This document shows, in pieces, positions 1 to 9,517 of a stretch of 64,000 bases of DNA. Every line of letters starts with the position of its first letter. Within the stretch, counting starts at the first letter, position 1. The stretch spans positions 62,001 to 126,000 of IMG/VR virus record IMGVR_UViG_3300013005_000001. The stretch is one strand, 5' to 3'. The notes beneath the pieces are model-generated. The model was given only the letters and a program-made list of their open reading frames with translations, did no database searches and was not told the origin of the DNA. The position numbers were made by a program, and so were the translations under genes.

Positions 1-171
1 GCTGGACTATGAGTTGCACTTCCAGTTCTAAAAACTCTAGCTACATCTCCACTAGCAAAAGCATCAGCTACATCTTTAGGTAAGTTTTCCCCAAAACGGG
101 GATCCATCCCTAGTGCAACCTGAAATAGATCTACTGGTTGTTTTGCCATGGTTTAATCCTTTTAATTAAGA

Positions 172-405
172 TTATATTGATGCGGTTTCTTTAGCTGGGA
201 TACAAGTCCTGCAGCAATACATAGAGCTATTGTCTTCATATACTATACCTTTGACTAAACTTCTTTTGCAAGAAGGACAAACGAATGGTCTATCTGGAAC
301 ACCATAATACATTATAGCTTTTCCGGGAAGTTCTTTTTTAACTTCCTTTGTAGTTGTCACATTTCTTTTTGCTGGTTTTTTACCGGCCATAACATACCTC
401 CACAT
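172..405 (-). CDS. small basic protein with CxxC/CCxxC zinc-ribbon
   Basis: CPSC...CCRTC motif, Lys-rich N-terminus. Confidence 0.55.
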   Translation of the reverse strand: MWRYVMAGKKPAKRNVTTTKEVKKELPGKAIMYYGVPDRPFVCPSCKRSLVKGIVYEDNSSMYCCRTCIPAKETASI

Positions 406-466
406 ATTGGTTACTATTAGTATATAGTAAGTAAATTACTGCAAATACCTTCGAATTGGTGGCAAT

Positions 467-1855
467 ATGACGCAAAATAGAACATTTAATGTTGATGATT
501 ATATAAGGGTATCTCCATTTATAGAACAGGGCCCATACCGTGATTCGATACAAAATTTAACTGAACGCCTTAAAAAAGCTAGGCTAGAAAACTCTATAGC
601 AACAATAAGAAATGTTCAATCTACAAGATCATTAAGTCCATCTAGAGCAGCAAAAACTTTTGGGTCTGGAACATTAAGTGTAGGTCAAGTTTTAAACCAA
701 AGTTTTCCATCTTATGGACAGCTATTTGGAAAATCTATCTATGCATTTACAAGCCCGGAAGGATGGGATGATTCCATAGATCAAATTTTTGGAATGTTTG
801 GGTCTCTTAGTACCATGGACACAGCAGCTTTTCAAATGGCTCTTGATCCTAATGAAGTTCCGAAAAACGCCGGCGCTACAACCACGCATCAAGATGTAAT
901 GGAGGCATTAACAGGAGACGTAAGGCAAAAAACTAAACTTTTTTCTGGTGATCCTATTCCAGGAGAAACAGTAGGTGGAAAAGTAAAAATTTCAATTCCT
1001 AACCCTCAAGAAATATTTCATCTTAATATGACAAAACCGCCTGGTGGTGGGATTGGAGGTCCTAAAGCTGGATCAGTTCCAGATATTGAAAGAGAAGTAA
1101 AAATTACTGGACATGAACTAACTCACGTGTTAACAGCAGAGGCCGGAACAAGAAACGAAACACTTAAGCAAAATCTCGAGCAGTCTATTGTATCATTAAT
1201 GACTCCCGATAGAGAATCTCATATTAATAGTATCTTTCGTAAGCGCTTTGCTCTTATGACTAGATACCAAAAATTTTTAAAATCACAAGGATTAACCGAA
1301 GAAGAAATATCTGACAGAACTCCTTACACCTTAAAAGAAGATCGAAGTAAAAAAATAGCACAAAGGCTTTCTACATCTGTCGATCCAAAATTAAAACTGT
1401 CAATTAATTCTCCACAAATTCAAGAAATTTTACAAGGCGCAAGAACTTTTATGCACGAAAAAGTTATCGAAGAAGTAACTGCTGAAGTTGGTGGAAATTT
1501 AATCAGTTTAAGATCTGGAAATGTTGAAGATTTAGTTCAAAATATAAGTAAAATTGCTGGGGTAGGTTATTTTGCACCAAGTGCTTGGACTGGATATTCA
1601 AGTGGTGTGCTTGGTAAAGCTAAATCAACTTTAATTCAATTAGCAGATTCCGGCTTGTTAATGGGCGAAAAAGGAGAATCTATGACTAGTGAGGCAGTAG
1701 AACAATTCTTTGAAGCTTCTAAGCAATCTATTTTAGATTTTAGCGGCGCGGCATTTGCTGTTGGAATGGAAGACTCTATTTTATCGCTTCCCGACAGTAT
1801 GGATGGAAAATCTTTGAAAGAATTCAAACAGGCATATTTACGGAGCAATTCGTAA
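467..1855 (+). CDS. hypothetical protein with HExxH zincin-like motif (possible virion-associated metallopeptidase)
   Basis: 462 aa ORF containing GHELTHVL and a later E (EEVTAE) that could be the third ligand. Confidence 0.5.
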   Translation: MTQNRTFNVDDYIRVSPFIEQGPYRDSIQNLTERLKKARLENSIATIRNVQSTRSLSPSRAAKTFGSGTLSVGQVLNQSFPSYGQLFGKSIYAFTSPEGWDDSIDQIFGMFGSLSTMDTAAFQMALDPNEVPKNAGATTTHQDVMEALTGDVRQKTKLFSGDPIPGETVGGKVKISIPNPQEIFHLNMTKPPGGGIGGPKAGSVPDIEREVKITGHELTHVLTAEAGTRNETLKQNLEQSIVSLMTPDRESHINSIFRKRFALMTRYQKFLKSQGLTEEEISDRTPYTLKEDRSKKIAQRLSTSVDPKLKLSINSPQIQEILQGARTFMHEKVIEEVTAEVGGNLISLRSGNVEDLVQNISKIAGVGYFAPSAWTGYSSGVLGKAKSTLIQLADSGLLMGEKGESMTSEAVEQFFEASKQSILDFSGAAFAVGMEDSILSLPDSMDGKSLKEFKQAYLRSNS

Positions 1856-1900
1856 AAGAGTAAGGGAACAAGAAACTACCACAGAATATGTAAAGCGGAA

Positions 1901-2257
1901 ATGTCCCCGGCTATTCGAGGAGAACAGATTATAAAACTCGGAATAGAAAGTCTAACAAGAAATAAAAGTGCAGTAAAAATACCTAATGTTGGATATCAAA
2001 GAGCTTATATAGAATTAAAAACTGGAACATTAGCACCTGAAATAGATCATTTTGGAAGAGTAATTGATATAGCACCCATGATTGATACACCACCCTCTGG
2101 TCAGGGTGTAAGTGCAGTTGTTTCTAGTGCTACTGCTACTAGTCCATCTAACCAGACTATGAGAATGACGGAATCAATTCTTCGGAACTCCAAGAGTCTC
2201 AAAAAGAGTTCCTCAAAGCACATCTGCAGTATCCGAAGCAGTTGCTGCTGGCACTAA
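1901..2257 (+). CDS. hypothetical protein, probably frameshifted near 2201-2205 with true end at 2330
   Basis: ORF track; the +1 frame after an A5 run reads KRVPQSTSAVSEAVAAGTKASRKLGSSAVQALRGTNFGRLFR*. Confidence 0.5.
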   Translation: MSPAIRGEQIIKLGIESLTRNKSAVKIPNVGYQRAYIELKTGTLAPEIDHFGRVIDIAPMIDTPPSGQGVSAVVSSATATSPSNQTMRMTESILRNSKSLKKSSSKHICSIRSSCCWH

Positions 2258-2326
2258 AGCTTCAAGAAAACTTGGTTCCTCAGCTGTTCAAGCTTTAAGA
2301 GGTACTAATTTTGGTAGACTATTTCG

Positions 2327-3337
2327 TTAATCTCTCCACAGCCATTCAGGATGAGCCTTAGTCCACTCAACTGTAAGCTCTAAAGATCTCTCCAGTGCCA
2401 TTGGAGCAACCCATCCAGCATCAGCAAGCTTCTTTCCGTCAAGGGCATAGCGTAGGTCATGTCCCGGTCTTGTGGTATGGAAGTCCTCGAATATAAAATT
2501 CAATTCCTTGCCCCAGTACTTAGCTACAAGCTGAGCCATCTCAAGGTTATTAATCTCTTTCTCGCCCACAATATGATACTTATCTGGTCGATCTGAGTTT
2601 GGATAATGTGTAGCAGGTAGATTCTTTAGAATAAAGACGAGAGCATCTGCTTGATTTCTTGCGTGTAAATAAAAGCGTGAACCAATATTATCTGGAGTGC
2701 CATGGATTGTCATTGGTACATCTTTTTCAAGACAGTACATGATCTTTGGAATAAACTTCTCAGGATCCTGACGCTCACCAATAATATTCATGGTGTTAGT
2801 TATGACTACTGGAACGTCAAACGTTCTCCAATATGAGATACAAGCAGCTTCCTGTGCAGCTTTAGAGCCTGAGTATGGATTAGATGGCAGGATAGTGTCC
2901 CATTCCTTGTGGGCATATCCCTTGGGAGCAGGACCATAAACCTCATCTGTTGAGACATGTAGAAATACTTCTGGCTTAATCTTGCGTGCAAGCTCTAGCA
3001 TGTTAACGACCAATGCTACATTGTTCATGATGAATGGTGCTGGGTCTGTAATAGATCTATCTACGTGTGAATCAGATGCCATAGAAATAATATAATCAAT
3101 ATGACCCATGTCTTTAATCATTACATCAGAAAATGGAACAGTAAGATCATGAGTAATTAATTTAACTCTGTGCTTGTTTTCTTCCCAAGATTTAATGGAG
3201 GTAATTCTATCTGTTACTCCACGATGACGGAATGAATCGCTAATGACGACATCCCAGTCTGTTGTTTTAAAAATATGTTCTAGAGTGTGGTGTCCTACGA
3301 AACCACCTGCTCCTGTTAAAAATACTCTTTTATTCAC
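2327..3337 (-). CDS. rmlB: dTDP-glucose 4,6-dehydratase-like NAD-dependent epimerase/dehydratase
   Basis: GAGGFVG Rossmann motif, ASDSHVDRSI, STDEVYG, YSGSK (YxxxK), RPGHDLRY. Confidence 0.9.
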   Translation of the reverse strand: MNKRVFLTGAGGFVGHHTLEHIFKTTDWDVVISDSFRHRGVTDRITSIKSWEENKHRVKLITHDLTVPFSDVMIKDMGHIDYIISMASDSHVDRSITDPAPFIMNNVALVVNMLELARKIKPEVFLHVSTDEVYGPAPKGYAHKEWDTILPSNPYSGSKAAQEAACISYWRTFDVPVVITNTMNIIGERQDPEKFIPKIMYCLEKDVPMTIHGTPDNIGSRFYLHARNQADALVFILKNLPATHYPNSDRPDKYHIVGEKEINNLEMAQLVAKYWGKELNFIFEDFHTTRPGHDLRYALDGKKLADAGWVAPMALERSLELTVEWTKAHPEWLWRD

Positions 3338-3362
3338 TGTATTACTTTCTTGATTATTAGAT

Positions 3363-3438
<76 letters not shown>

Positions 3439-3545
3439 ATAGGTGGTACTAGTATACCATGGATATACTGAATATGATTTTCTTTTTGATAGGATTAATG
3501 CAAAGGTGGAGGGTTTATTGGACCCTATTAACTACCCCTGCAAAA

Positions 3546-3773
3546 TTAATTCTTATCATCTAGATCATAACCACCTAGTTTTACTGTAGCAGTAAACTCT
3601 TCTACTATGTCCATTATCTCATCCATTATAAATGGAAATTGCACCTTAGTATAAATGAATATATCATTCATTGCGTCAGCTATACGAAGAGCAGCCTTGT
3701 GAGTTTTTTCGTGTGGTAGATTTGCTTTAGAAATCGCTGCATAAACCTGCTTGTAGTTTTCAGTGTAAGTCAT
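3546..3773 (-). CDS. hypothetical protein
   Basis: ORF overlapping the upstream gene, phage-like composition. Confidence 0.6.
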   Translation of the reverse strand: MTYTENYKQVYAAISKANLPHEKTHKAALRIADAMNDIFIYTKVQFPFIMDEIMDIVEEFTATVKLGGYDLDDKN

Positions 3774-4161
3774 CTATTTCTTCTTTCGTTGGAGATAGCA
3801 TGGTAGCACTGACCAAAAGACTATCTGTAAATTTAAGGTCATATTTTAACCATAAGTCATATGTATTAACTTTAGTGCCAGGGGCATCAGGGTCTAAGTA
3901 TATACCCATGTAAACTTGAATGTGACCATGGTAATATATTTTTTCATAAGTTGATCTTACATCTTCCTCAAAGTCAATAAGATTAGAAGCATATATTCTA
4001 CCAGCATTGTCAATATAATATCGATCCAAGAAACAATCTAAGTCCTTTGTTTGAAACTCATCTTGATTGAAAGCTGCCTGTATATAAGGGACATACTTTT
4101 CAGGTATATAACTTGGAATTGGTAGTGGATAATCTATTTTAAAGTAATCAAACATTCCCAT
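3760..4161 (-). CDS. phage hypothetical protein (MGMFD-start type)
   Basis: MGMFDYFK...FQTKDLDC pattern familiar from phage genomes. Confidence 0.65.
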   Translation of the reverse strand: MGMFDYFKIDYPLPIPSYIPEKYVPYIQAAFNQDEFQTKDLDCFLDRYYIDNAGRIYASNLIDFEEDVRSTYEKIYYHGHIQVYMGIYLDPDAPGTKVNTYDLWLKYDLKFTDSLLVSATMLSPTKEEIDDLH

Positions 4162-4282
4162 TATTTTCCTGCGATTTAAGGTCTAGGCTGCTAACCTGTG
4201 GATATAAAGCAATCAAATTGTATCATAAAAAAAACATAAAAGATGAGTACTATTATAGAATAATAACCCAAAGGGAGAAACT

Positions 4283-5203
4283 ATGGCTAGTGTAAGAGGA
4301 ATTTCTGCAAGCATACTAGCCGGTAGCAGTGTGGGAGCTATGGGTTATGCTTATAATAGGAATAGCCAAGGCGGATATGCAGATGCACTTGGAGCAGGAA
4401 CTATTGGTATTGGCCTCGGAGCTGGAGCTTATAAAATTGCTCGTGGCGGTGGAAAATCTTTATCTAATGCTGAAGTCGCAAGACGTGGGGCCACTGCTAT
4501 AGAAAAAACTAGTGGCAGATTTAAAAAAGGTGGAATTGGTCTTGGTGCAGTAGGTGTAGGTGGAGCAGCTTATAGCTATCAACAGTTTCAACAGGGGGAT
4601 TATGGTCAAGCTGCAATAGGGGCAGGAGTGTCAGCTGTGGGCTTTACTGGAGCCGCAGGGATGCTTGGAGCCATGTCTAAGGGCAATAAGGTCTCTGGTG
4701 CTATCCGTTCTAGTTTAGATAGTGCAGATGAGGCCATGAAAGCCTCTAAAAAACTTGCAAATAGAGCAGACTTATTTAAGAAGCCAAGAAACGTTGGTTA
4801 CGGAACAGTTGCAGCTGGTGCATTAACTATGGTAGGGGGTTTTCAACAGGGTTCTATGGGAGGAATAGCTGCAGGAGCAGGAATCATGGCCTTAGGAGGC
4901 GGCATTGCTGCCATTGGTAGGAGTGGCATTTCTAGGAATATGGGCAAGTCAAACGCAGCAAAAAGAACAGCACTAGACCTAGAAGAAGACGCAGCTAGAG
5001 TAGCTAGAAAAGCTAAAGATTTTGGAACACGTCATCTTTCAACCACAACTGCAGCATCTGGAGCTGCAAGAAGGGCAGACAAAGCCCTATCAGAAAGCGT
5101 TACTCTATTAAGAAAGAGTAAGGCCGGCTATGGAGCTGCTGCTGTTATAGGGCTCGGAGCTGTGTCTGCTGGAGTGCTAGGTCATAGCATGGGATTATTC
5201 TAA
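4283..5203 (+). CDS. Gly/Ala-rich protein with several hydrophobic glycine-zipper segments
   Basis: GGGAG RBS; repeated GxxxG hydrophobic stretches separated by basic linkers. Confidence 0.75.
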   Translation: MASVRGISASILAGSSVGAMGYAYNRNSQGGYADALGAGTIGIGLGAGAYKIARGGGKSLSNAEVARRGATAIEKTSGRFKKGGIGLGAVGVGGAAYSYQQFQQGDYGQAAIGAGVSAVGFTGAAGMLGAMSKGNKVSGAIRSSLDSADEAMKASKKLANRADLFKKPRNVGYGTVAAGALTMVGGFQQGSMGGIAAGAGIMALGGGIAAIGRSGISRNMGKSNAAKRTALDLEEDAARVARKAKDFGTRHLSTTTAASGAARRADKALSESVTLLRKSKAGYGAAAVIGLGAVSAGVLGHSMGLF

Positions 5204-5362
5204 ATGGGCTTCTTTGATAAATTAAAGAAGGGTCTAGGCATAGGTGATCTTGGTCCACTTGGGCTTTCGGGAATGCTAGAGTCTATACATAGTGAATTAC
5301 AAAGTTCACAAACTGCTGTAGAGGCTGCAGCTAGCCGGTGTGTCACAAACATTTACAAATGA
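5204..5362 (+). CDS. probable N-terminal fragment of the 5340-6422 gene (MGFFDKLKKGLG...)
   Basis: ATG abuts the TAA of the previous gene; overlaps the RBS-less GTG at 5340 in the +1 frame. Confidence 0.45.
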   Translation: MGFFDKLKKGLGIGDLGPLGLSGMLESIHSELQSSQTAVEAAASRCVTNIYK

Positions 5363-6422
5363 TGTTGTTTATCCCAACTTAAATCCTCGTGTACCTACAC
5401 CTGTTCCAGAGTTAGATACAAAACCTATAGAAAAATTCTTGCAAGACATTGGTAGAATTTCAAACCCAGATGAGTTTTCTGAAGCTGAAGCCTTGCATCC
5501 GTTACAAAGAGGTAAAAAAGTATTCTTTTATCATGCCTCTACATCTCCAATAGCACCTCATTTAATGATCCATCCTCAAGTCAAGCAGGCTATAGATAAT
5601 TTATTTAATGCAGGAATTATTAAAACAGAAGAATTGGAAGCTGCAAAAAATCCAGAAACACTTTTGAAGATTATTAGTGAAAGGGTTGAAGGTACACCCT
5701 TTGCAGAAAGGCACAGCCTTCATATAAAAAGAGTTACTGATTTTCTAAGCGGAGAATCTCAACAAGACGCTGCCTCAGTCTTTCATGCTGGAACCCTATC
5801 TTCTGCTCGTGAAAGAATGGGAGTTTATCCTTCTGGAACTGAAATTTTCTTACACGCATATGAAGTGGACTCAAGTATGATGGATCCAATAATCCATGAT
5901 GACATAGAGGTAGGTAGCCTAGGATATGGTGGGTCAAAAAATTCTATGTTTCGTCAGAGATTAAATACTAGCCTTCAAAGAGGAGATCGCAATATATCCG
6001 GCAGAAAACCAATTGAAGCATTAGGCGAAGTTGAATCAACCATAACAGATACAATAGCTACGGGAAAAAAGGTTGCACTTTCTGGCCAAGTACACCCCTA
6101 TAGAAATGCTGTGGAAGACGCAGGTAATGTGTCTGTTTCAATACCAAGAACTGCAATAGGTTCTTCAGTTAGATATTCCGGCGCAGTCGATATGACCCCC
6201 GTAGGGAGTGCTGATATCTTTGATGAATTCGTTAGAAAGCCGATCATAGCAGCAAGAACAGCTCTTGGCACGCTTGGTGCAAAAGTATCTTCTGCTGCAG
6301 ATGAGATAACTGAAAGTGCAGGTCCTGTACAAAGGGTGACTAGAAGGATCGGTGTTATGAGCAGGGGTACATTGGCTAAAGTGATTGAGGCAGGAGAAAC
6401 TGCAGCTAGAGTAATGAGATAA
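5340..6422 (+). CDS. hypothetical protein (FYHAST/FHAGT motifs, weakly ADP-ribosyltransferase-like)
   Basis: 360 aa ORF; function uncertain. Confidence 0.6.
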   Translation: MSQTFTNDVVYPNLNPRVPTPVPELDTKPIEKFLQDIGRISNPDEFSEAEALHPLQRGKKVFFYHASTSPIAPHLMIHPQVKQAIDNLFNAGIIKTEELEAAKNPETLLKIISERVEGTPFAERHSLHIKRVTDFLSGESQQDAASVFHAGTLSSARERMGVYPSGTEIFLHAYEVDSSMMDPIIHDDIEVGSLGYGGSKNSMFRQRLNTSLQRGDRNISGRKPIEALGEVESTITDTIATGKKVALSGQVHPYRNAVEDAGNVSVSIPRTAIGSSVRYSGAVDMTPVGSADIFDEFVRKPIIAARTALGTLGAKVSSAADEITESAGPVQRVTRRIGVMSRGTLAKVIEAGETAARVMR

Positions 6423-6491
6423 TTTTCGGCAATTTAAGGGCCTAGAAATAAAAAAATATTACTATATATAATAGTTTAAACAGGAGTCATT

Positions 6492-6827
6492 ATGGGAATT
6501 AAACTATCTAAAAATGATATGAAAATAATTGCTACAAGTGGTGGAATGATAGCTGGAGGACATGTAGCAAGCAGTGCAAGTGGAGATAGTGGACCAGTTG
6601 GAATAGCTGGTACCGCTACAAAAATGACAGGCATGATGGGGCTTAGTTATGTTGGAGCTCATGAAACTCTTCAAATGATGGGCATGGGTAGCAAGATTCA
6701 AATGAAAAAGTATGGACAAGACGCAAAAAGAATGGGTGGAGCAATTAGTTCTTCTGCTAGAAGAGCAGCACCAGGATTAAAACTTCTTGCTGGAAAGATA
6801 GCTCAAGGAGCTAATCAAATAATATAG
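6492..6827 (+). CDS. small Gly/Met-rich hypothetical protein
   Basis: CAGGAG RBS, glycine-zipper-like segment. Confidence 0.7.
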   Translation: MGIKLSKNDMKIIATSGGMIAGGHVASSASGDSGPVGIAGTATKMTGMMGLSYVGAHETLQMMGMGSKIQMKKYGQDAKRMGGAISSSARRAAPGLKLLAGKIAQGANQII

Positions 6828-7119
6828 TTCTATTTTGTACTAGAAAAAAAGATTTAAATTCCCAGGTGCTAAGAAAAACCTAAAAGGGAATTGGGGCTAA
6901 AAATTTTTTTCCAATTTTACCCTATATAGGTATTTTAAAAACTATTTTTATTTATCATCTTTTGGAGATGGACCAAAGTACTTAATTACAATAGCTTCAG
7001 CTTCTTCTTCGGTTCTTCCGTGATCAAGGACTTCGTGTCGCATATAGAAATGCACGTAATTACCTTGCTCGTCTTTATCGGTCCATTTAGGCTGTGTCAT
7101 GATTATTTCCTTTTAAATG

Positions 7120-7344
7120 CTATTCAGCAATTTCTGTATAATTATATTCTTCACGCAAAGTAGCTATTTGAAGCTTAAGTGCTTCGTTTTCTAATTCTAA
7201 TTTTTTAGATTGATCTACCCAGAATTTGATAAGTTGTCTTTGATTAGCTATTGTTTCAGATTGAGTAAGATCAGGTTGATCTTGATTAATAGGATGACGC
7301 TTTAATTTTTTAATTACTTCTGTAATTGGATTATGATGTGTCAT
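7120..7344 (-). CDS. hypothetical coiled-coil protein
   Basis: Tightly packed minus-strand ORF. Confidence 0.6.
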   Translation of the reverse strand: MTHHNPITEVIKKLKRHPINQDQPDLTQSETIANQRQLIKFWVDQSKKLELENEALKLQIATLREEYNYTEIAE

Positions 7345-7544
7345 TTTTTTCCTAAATCTTTTATTATACGGACAAAGAACTCTTCAACGGTAATGTCTGC
7401 AGACATAGCTGCAAGTGTTATTCTTAAAAAGTCTCTATCATTAAACTTAACAGTACAAATCTTCTTATCATTAGACTGAAGTCTAAATACAACTTTGTGT
7501 TTTTTGCGGTTTTTAATCTTTGAAATAATCATCTTCGTCTTCAA
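7341..7544 (-). CDS. hypothetical basic protein
   Basis: Overlapping start/stop with neighbours. Confidence 0.55.
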   Translation of the reverse strand: MKTKMIISKIKNRKKHKVVFRLQSNDKKICTVKFNDRDFLRITLAAMSADITVEEFFVRIIKDLGKK

Positions 7545-7716
7545 CTACTTCAAAGCAATCATCACAATACCATACTTTGTACATTTTATTAACTGTGATA
7601 AGATCGGTGTATCCACCTTGATTTTCATTAAATGGATTCTTGCAGTTATTGCAAAAATCATTGTGTATTTCGTCTAGTGCTCTAATCATGGCATCTCGCA
7701 TTTCTTTATGATCCAT
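7513..7716 (-). CDS. small CxxC zinc-finger protein
   Basis: CNNC...CDDC. Confidence 0.6.
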   Translation of the reverse strand: MDHKEMRDAMIRALDEIHNDFCNNCKNPFNENQGGYTDLITVNKMYKVWYCDDCFEVVEDEDDYFKD

Positions 7717-7903
7717 CAGATGGAACTCCCCATTCTTGGCTTATCACCTGACATCTCTGTTTACATACAGGACAGGATGGGTTTGAATATTGTCCCCACA
7801 TAGAATGTGCTGGTACTTGTCCACAAGAACACTCTAGTATTACTTCAGGGCCCCAAGTTCTAATCAATCTATCTTTAGATTCAGAAGATATATTTCTTCT
7901 CAT
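7706..7903 (-). CDS. small zinc-ribbon protein
   Basis: CSC...CPVC. Confidence 0.6.
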   Translation of the reverse strand: MRRNISSESKDRLIRTWGPEVILECSCGQVPAHSMWGQYSNPSCPVCKQRCQVISQEWGVPSDGS

Positions 7904-7904
7904 A

Positions 7905-8354
7905 TCAAGATAGATCGTGGTTATGTGGAAAGTCCCATATTTCTTTAGAAGAAGGATTAATTCTCTTATTGTACTTATCTTGAATAGATCTTTTTCTTAA
8001 AGAAATAAGCTTATGAATAGGAGCATGCAAAGAAGGCCAATGTGTACTAAGGCTATCCATAACTTTAGTAAAAGCAATATCAGCACTAGTATAATTAGGA
8101 TCTATAGCTTTAGTTGCAAGAGCTTTATAAATATAATAAAGCTGTTCTTTTTCAGCAGGGGTTAAACTAAACCAACCTTCAGTATCTTTAGATGCATACG
8201 AAGAAGTAATGGTAACAGAACCAGTATAAGGATTAGAGGTTGTTGTCTGAGGAGCAGGTTTAGGGATAATAGTTTTTCTACTATCAGCAAGTTTGCTTAT
8301 AGAATTAGCTAAGTTATTTATAGCGTTAACTAAAGATTTCATATTTTTCTCCAT
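7905..8354 (-). CDS. hypothetical protein
   Basis: ORF track, packed operon. Confidence 0.6.
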   Translation of the reverse strand: MEKNMKSLVNAINNLANSISKLADSRKTIIPKPAPQTTTSNPYTGSVTITSSYASKDTEGWFSLTPAEKEQLYYIYKALATKAIDPNYTSADIAFTKVMDSLSTHWPSLHAPIHKLISLRKRSIQDKYNKRINPSSKEIWDFPHNHDLS

Positions 8355-8362
8355 TAAATTAA

Positions 8363-8572
8363 TCAGGTGTAACCGCGAGCTAAAGCATTTTCTAGTCTAT
8401 GGATTTCTTGCTCACGATGAAGAGCAATTAATTTCCATTCATCAAGATCCATTTGAAGAATCTCAATTTTGGCAACAGCGCATTCAGGGCATTTAGTGAC
8501 CCAGGCTAAAAGGTCTTCTTTACTTTGGCTCATAGGGTTTTCTCCACATAGAAGGAGAGTGTGCACTCTCAA
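8363..8572 (-). CDS. hypothetical protein
   Basis: ORF track; true start probably internal (MSQSKE). Confidence 0.5.
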   Translation of the reverse strand: MRVHTLLLCGENPMSQSKEDLLAWVTKCPECAVAKIEILQMDLDEWKLIALHREQEIHRLENALARGYT

Positions 8573-8750
8573 CGTTTAGTTTATGCTCCGTGTCCTCGTA
8601 AAGACGAATCATATGCATACAAGGATCTGATCCTTCAGCAAATTGATTATCTTCTTCTTCGGTCATAGGAAAGCTGTCATGAGTATAGCATACAGCTGGT
8701 CCACACCAATTGTTATCTAAGCCTATTCTAATCCATTCGTCAAAATTCAT
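8520..8750 (-). CDS. phage hypothetical protein
   Basis: W..CGPAVC.THD...DPCMHMIRLYE pattern typical of small phage proteins. Confidence 0.65.
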   Translation of the reverse strand: MNFDEWIRIGLDNNWCGPAVCYTHDSFPMTEEEDNQFAEGSDPCMHMIRLYEDTEHKLNVESAHSPSMWRKPYEPK

Positions 8751-8754
8751 AATA

Positions 8755-9189
8755 TTAAAACGAATCGTCTAAATCAACAGTAGGAATTGACTGTTGCTTA
8801 GGAAAAGGAATTTGACCTTTTGGATTATAATTCAATTGTTGTTGAGATTGGTCAATAAACTGTTCTTGAAAGCCTTGTTGAATAACAGCTAATTCGCTCA
8901 TGTTTTCTAAACTGTCTACGGCAAAACCTATTTGAATGTTTTTATATTTTAATTGATTATGATTAATAAATTTAGCTAAATCATCAAGAGCAGCTTTTAA
9001 TTCATTTTTAATTTTAGGGTCTAAATTACTTTCAACAATAAACTTTTGTTTTGAGGTAATGAAATTTTCAAAATCAGTGTCGTTAGTGATAGAAGAATCT
9101 TGAGTAGATTGAGTAATTTTGACAGCATTAGAGCTTTCATTTTTTGATACCTTTAAATTTTGTGGCATAGGCCAAATGGAACTAATCAT
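8755..9189 (-). CDS. hypothetical protein with acidic C-terminal tail (DLDDSF)
   Basis: ORF track. Confidence 0.6.
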   Translation of the reverse strand: MISSIWPMPQNLKVSKNESSNAVKITQSTQDSSITNDTDFENFITSKQKFIVESNLDPKIKNELKAALDDLAKFINHNQLKYKNIQIGFAVDSLENMSELAVIQQGFQEQFIDQSQQQLNYNPKGQIPFPKQQSIPTVDLDDSF

Positions 9190-9196
9190 TAAAATA

Positions 9197-9505
9197 TTAA
9201 ACTCTTTCTAGAGGGAAAACTTTTTTAAGTCTTTTTTGACACTTGTGTGTTGGCTCATCGTTTATGCCAACGCATACTTTAACAGTTACTTGGCAAGAAC
9301 GGCACAACCATTTTGTGTTAGGAGGGTATTTAGTTTTAGCACGACGGGGTTCTGGAGACAAAGGAATATCTTCTATCGGATCTTCTTCTAGAACTTCTAC
9401 AGACTTAATAATACAGTCTGGGCAGACTTTAGGTTTTCTTCCTCTAGTTTTCTGACGGTTCCATTCGATGCCACATGAAGCGCATGTAAGTTTATCAAAA
9501 TCCAT
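9197..9505 (-). CDS. multi-CxxC zinc-ribbon protein
   Basis: CASC, CPDC, CRSC, HKC motifs. Confidence 0.65.
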   Translation of the reverse strand: MDFDKLTCASCGIEWNRQKTRGRKPKVCPDCIIKSVEVLEEDPIEDIPLSPEPRRAKTKYPPNTKWLCRSCQVTVKVCVGINDEPTHKCQKRLKKVFPLERV

Positions 9506-9517
9506 TATTATTCCGTT

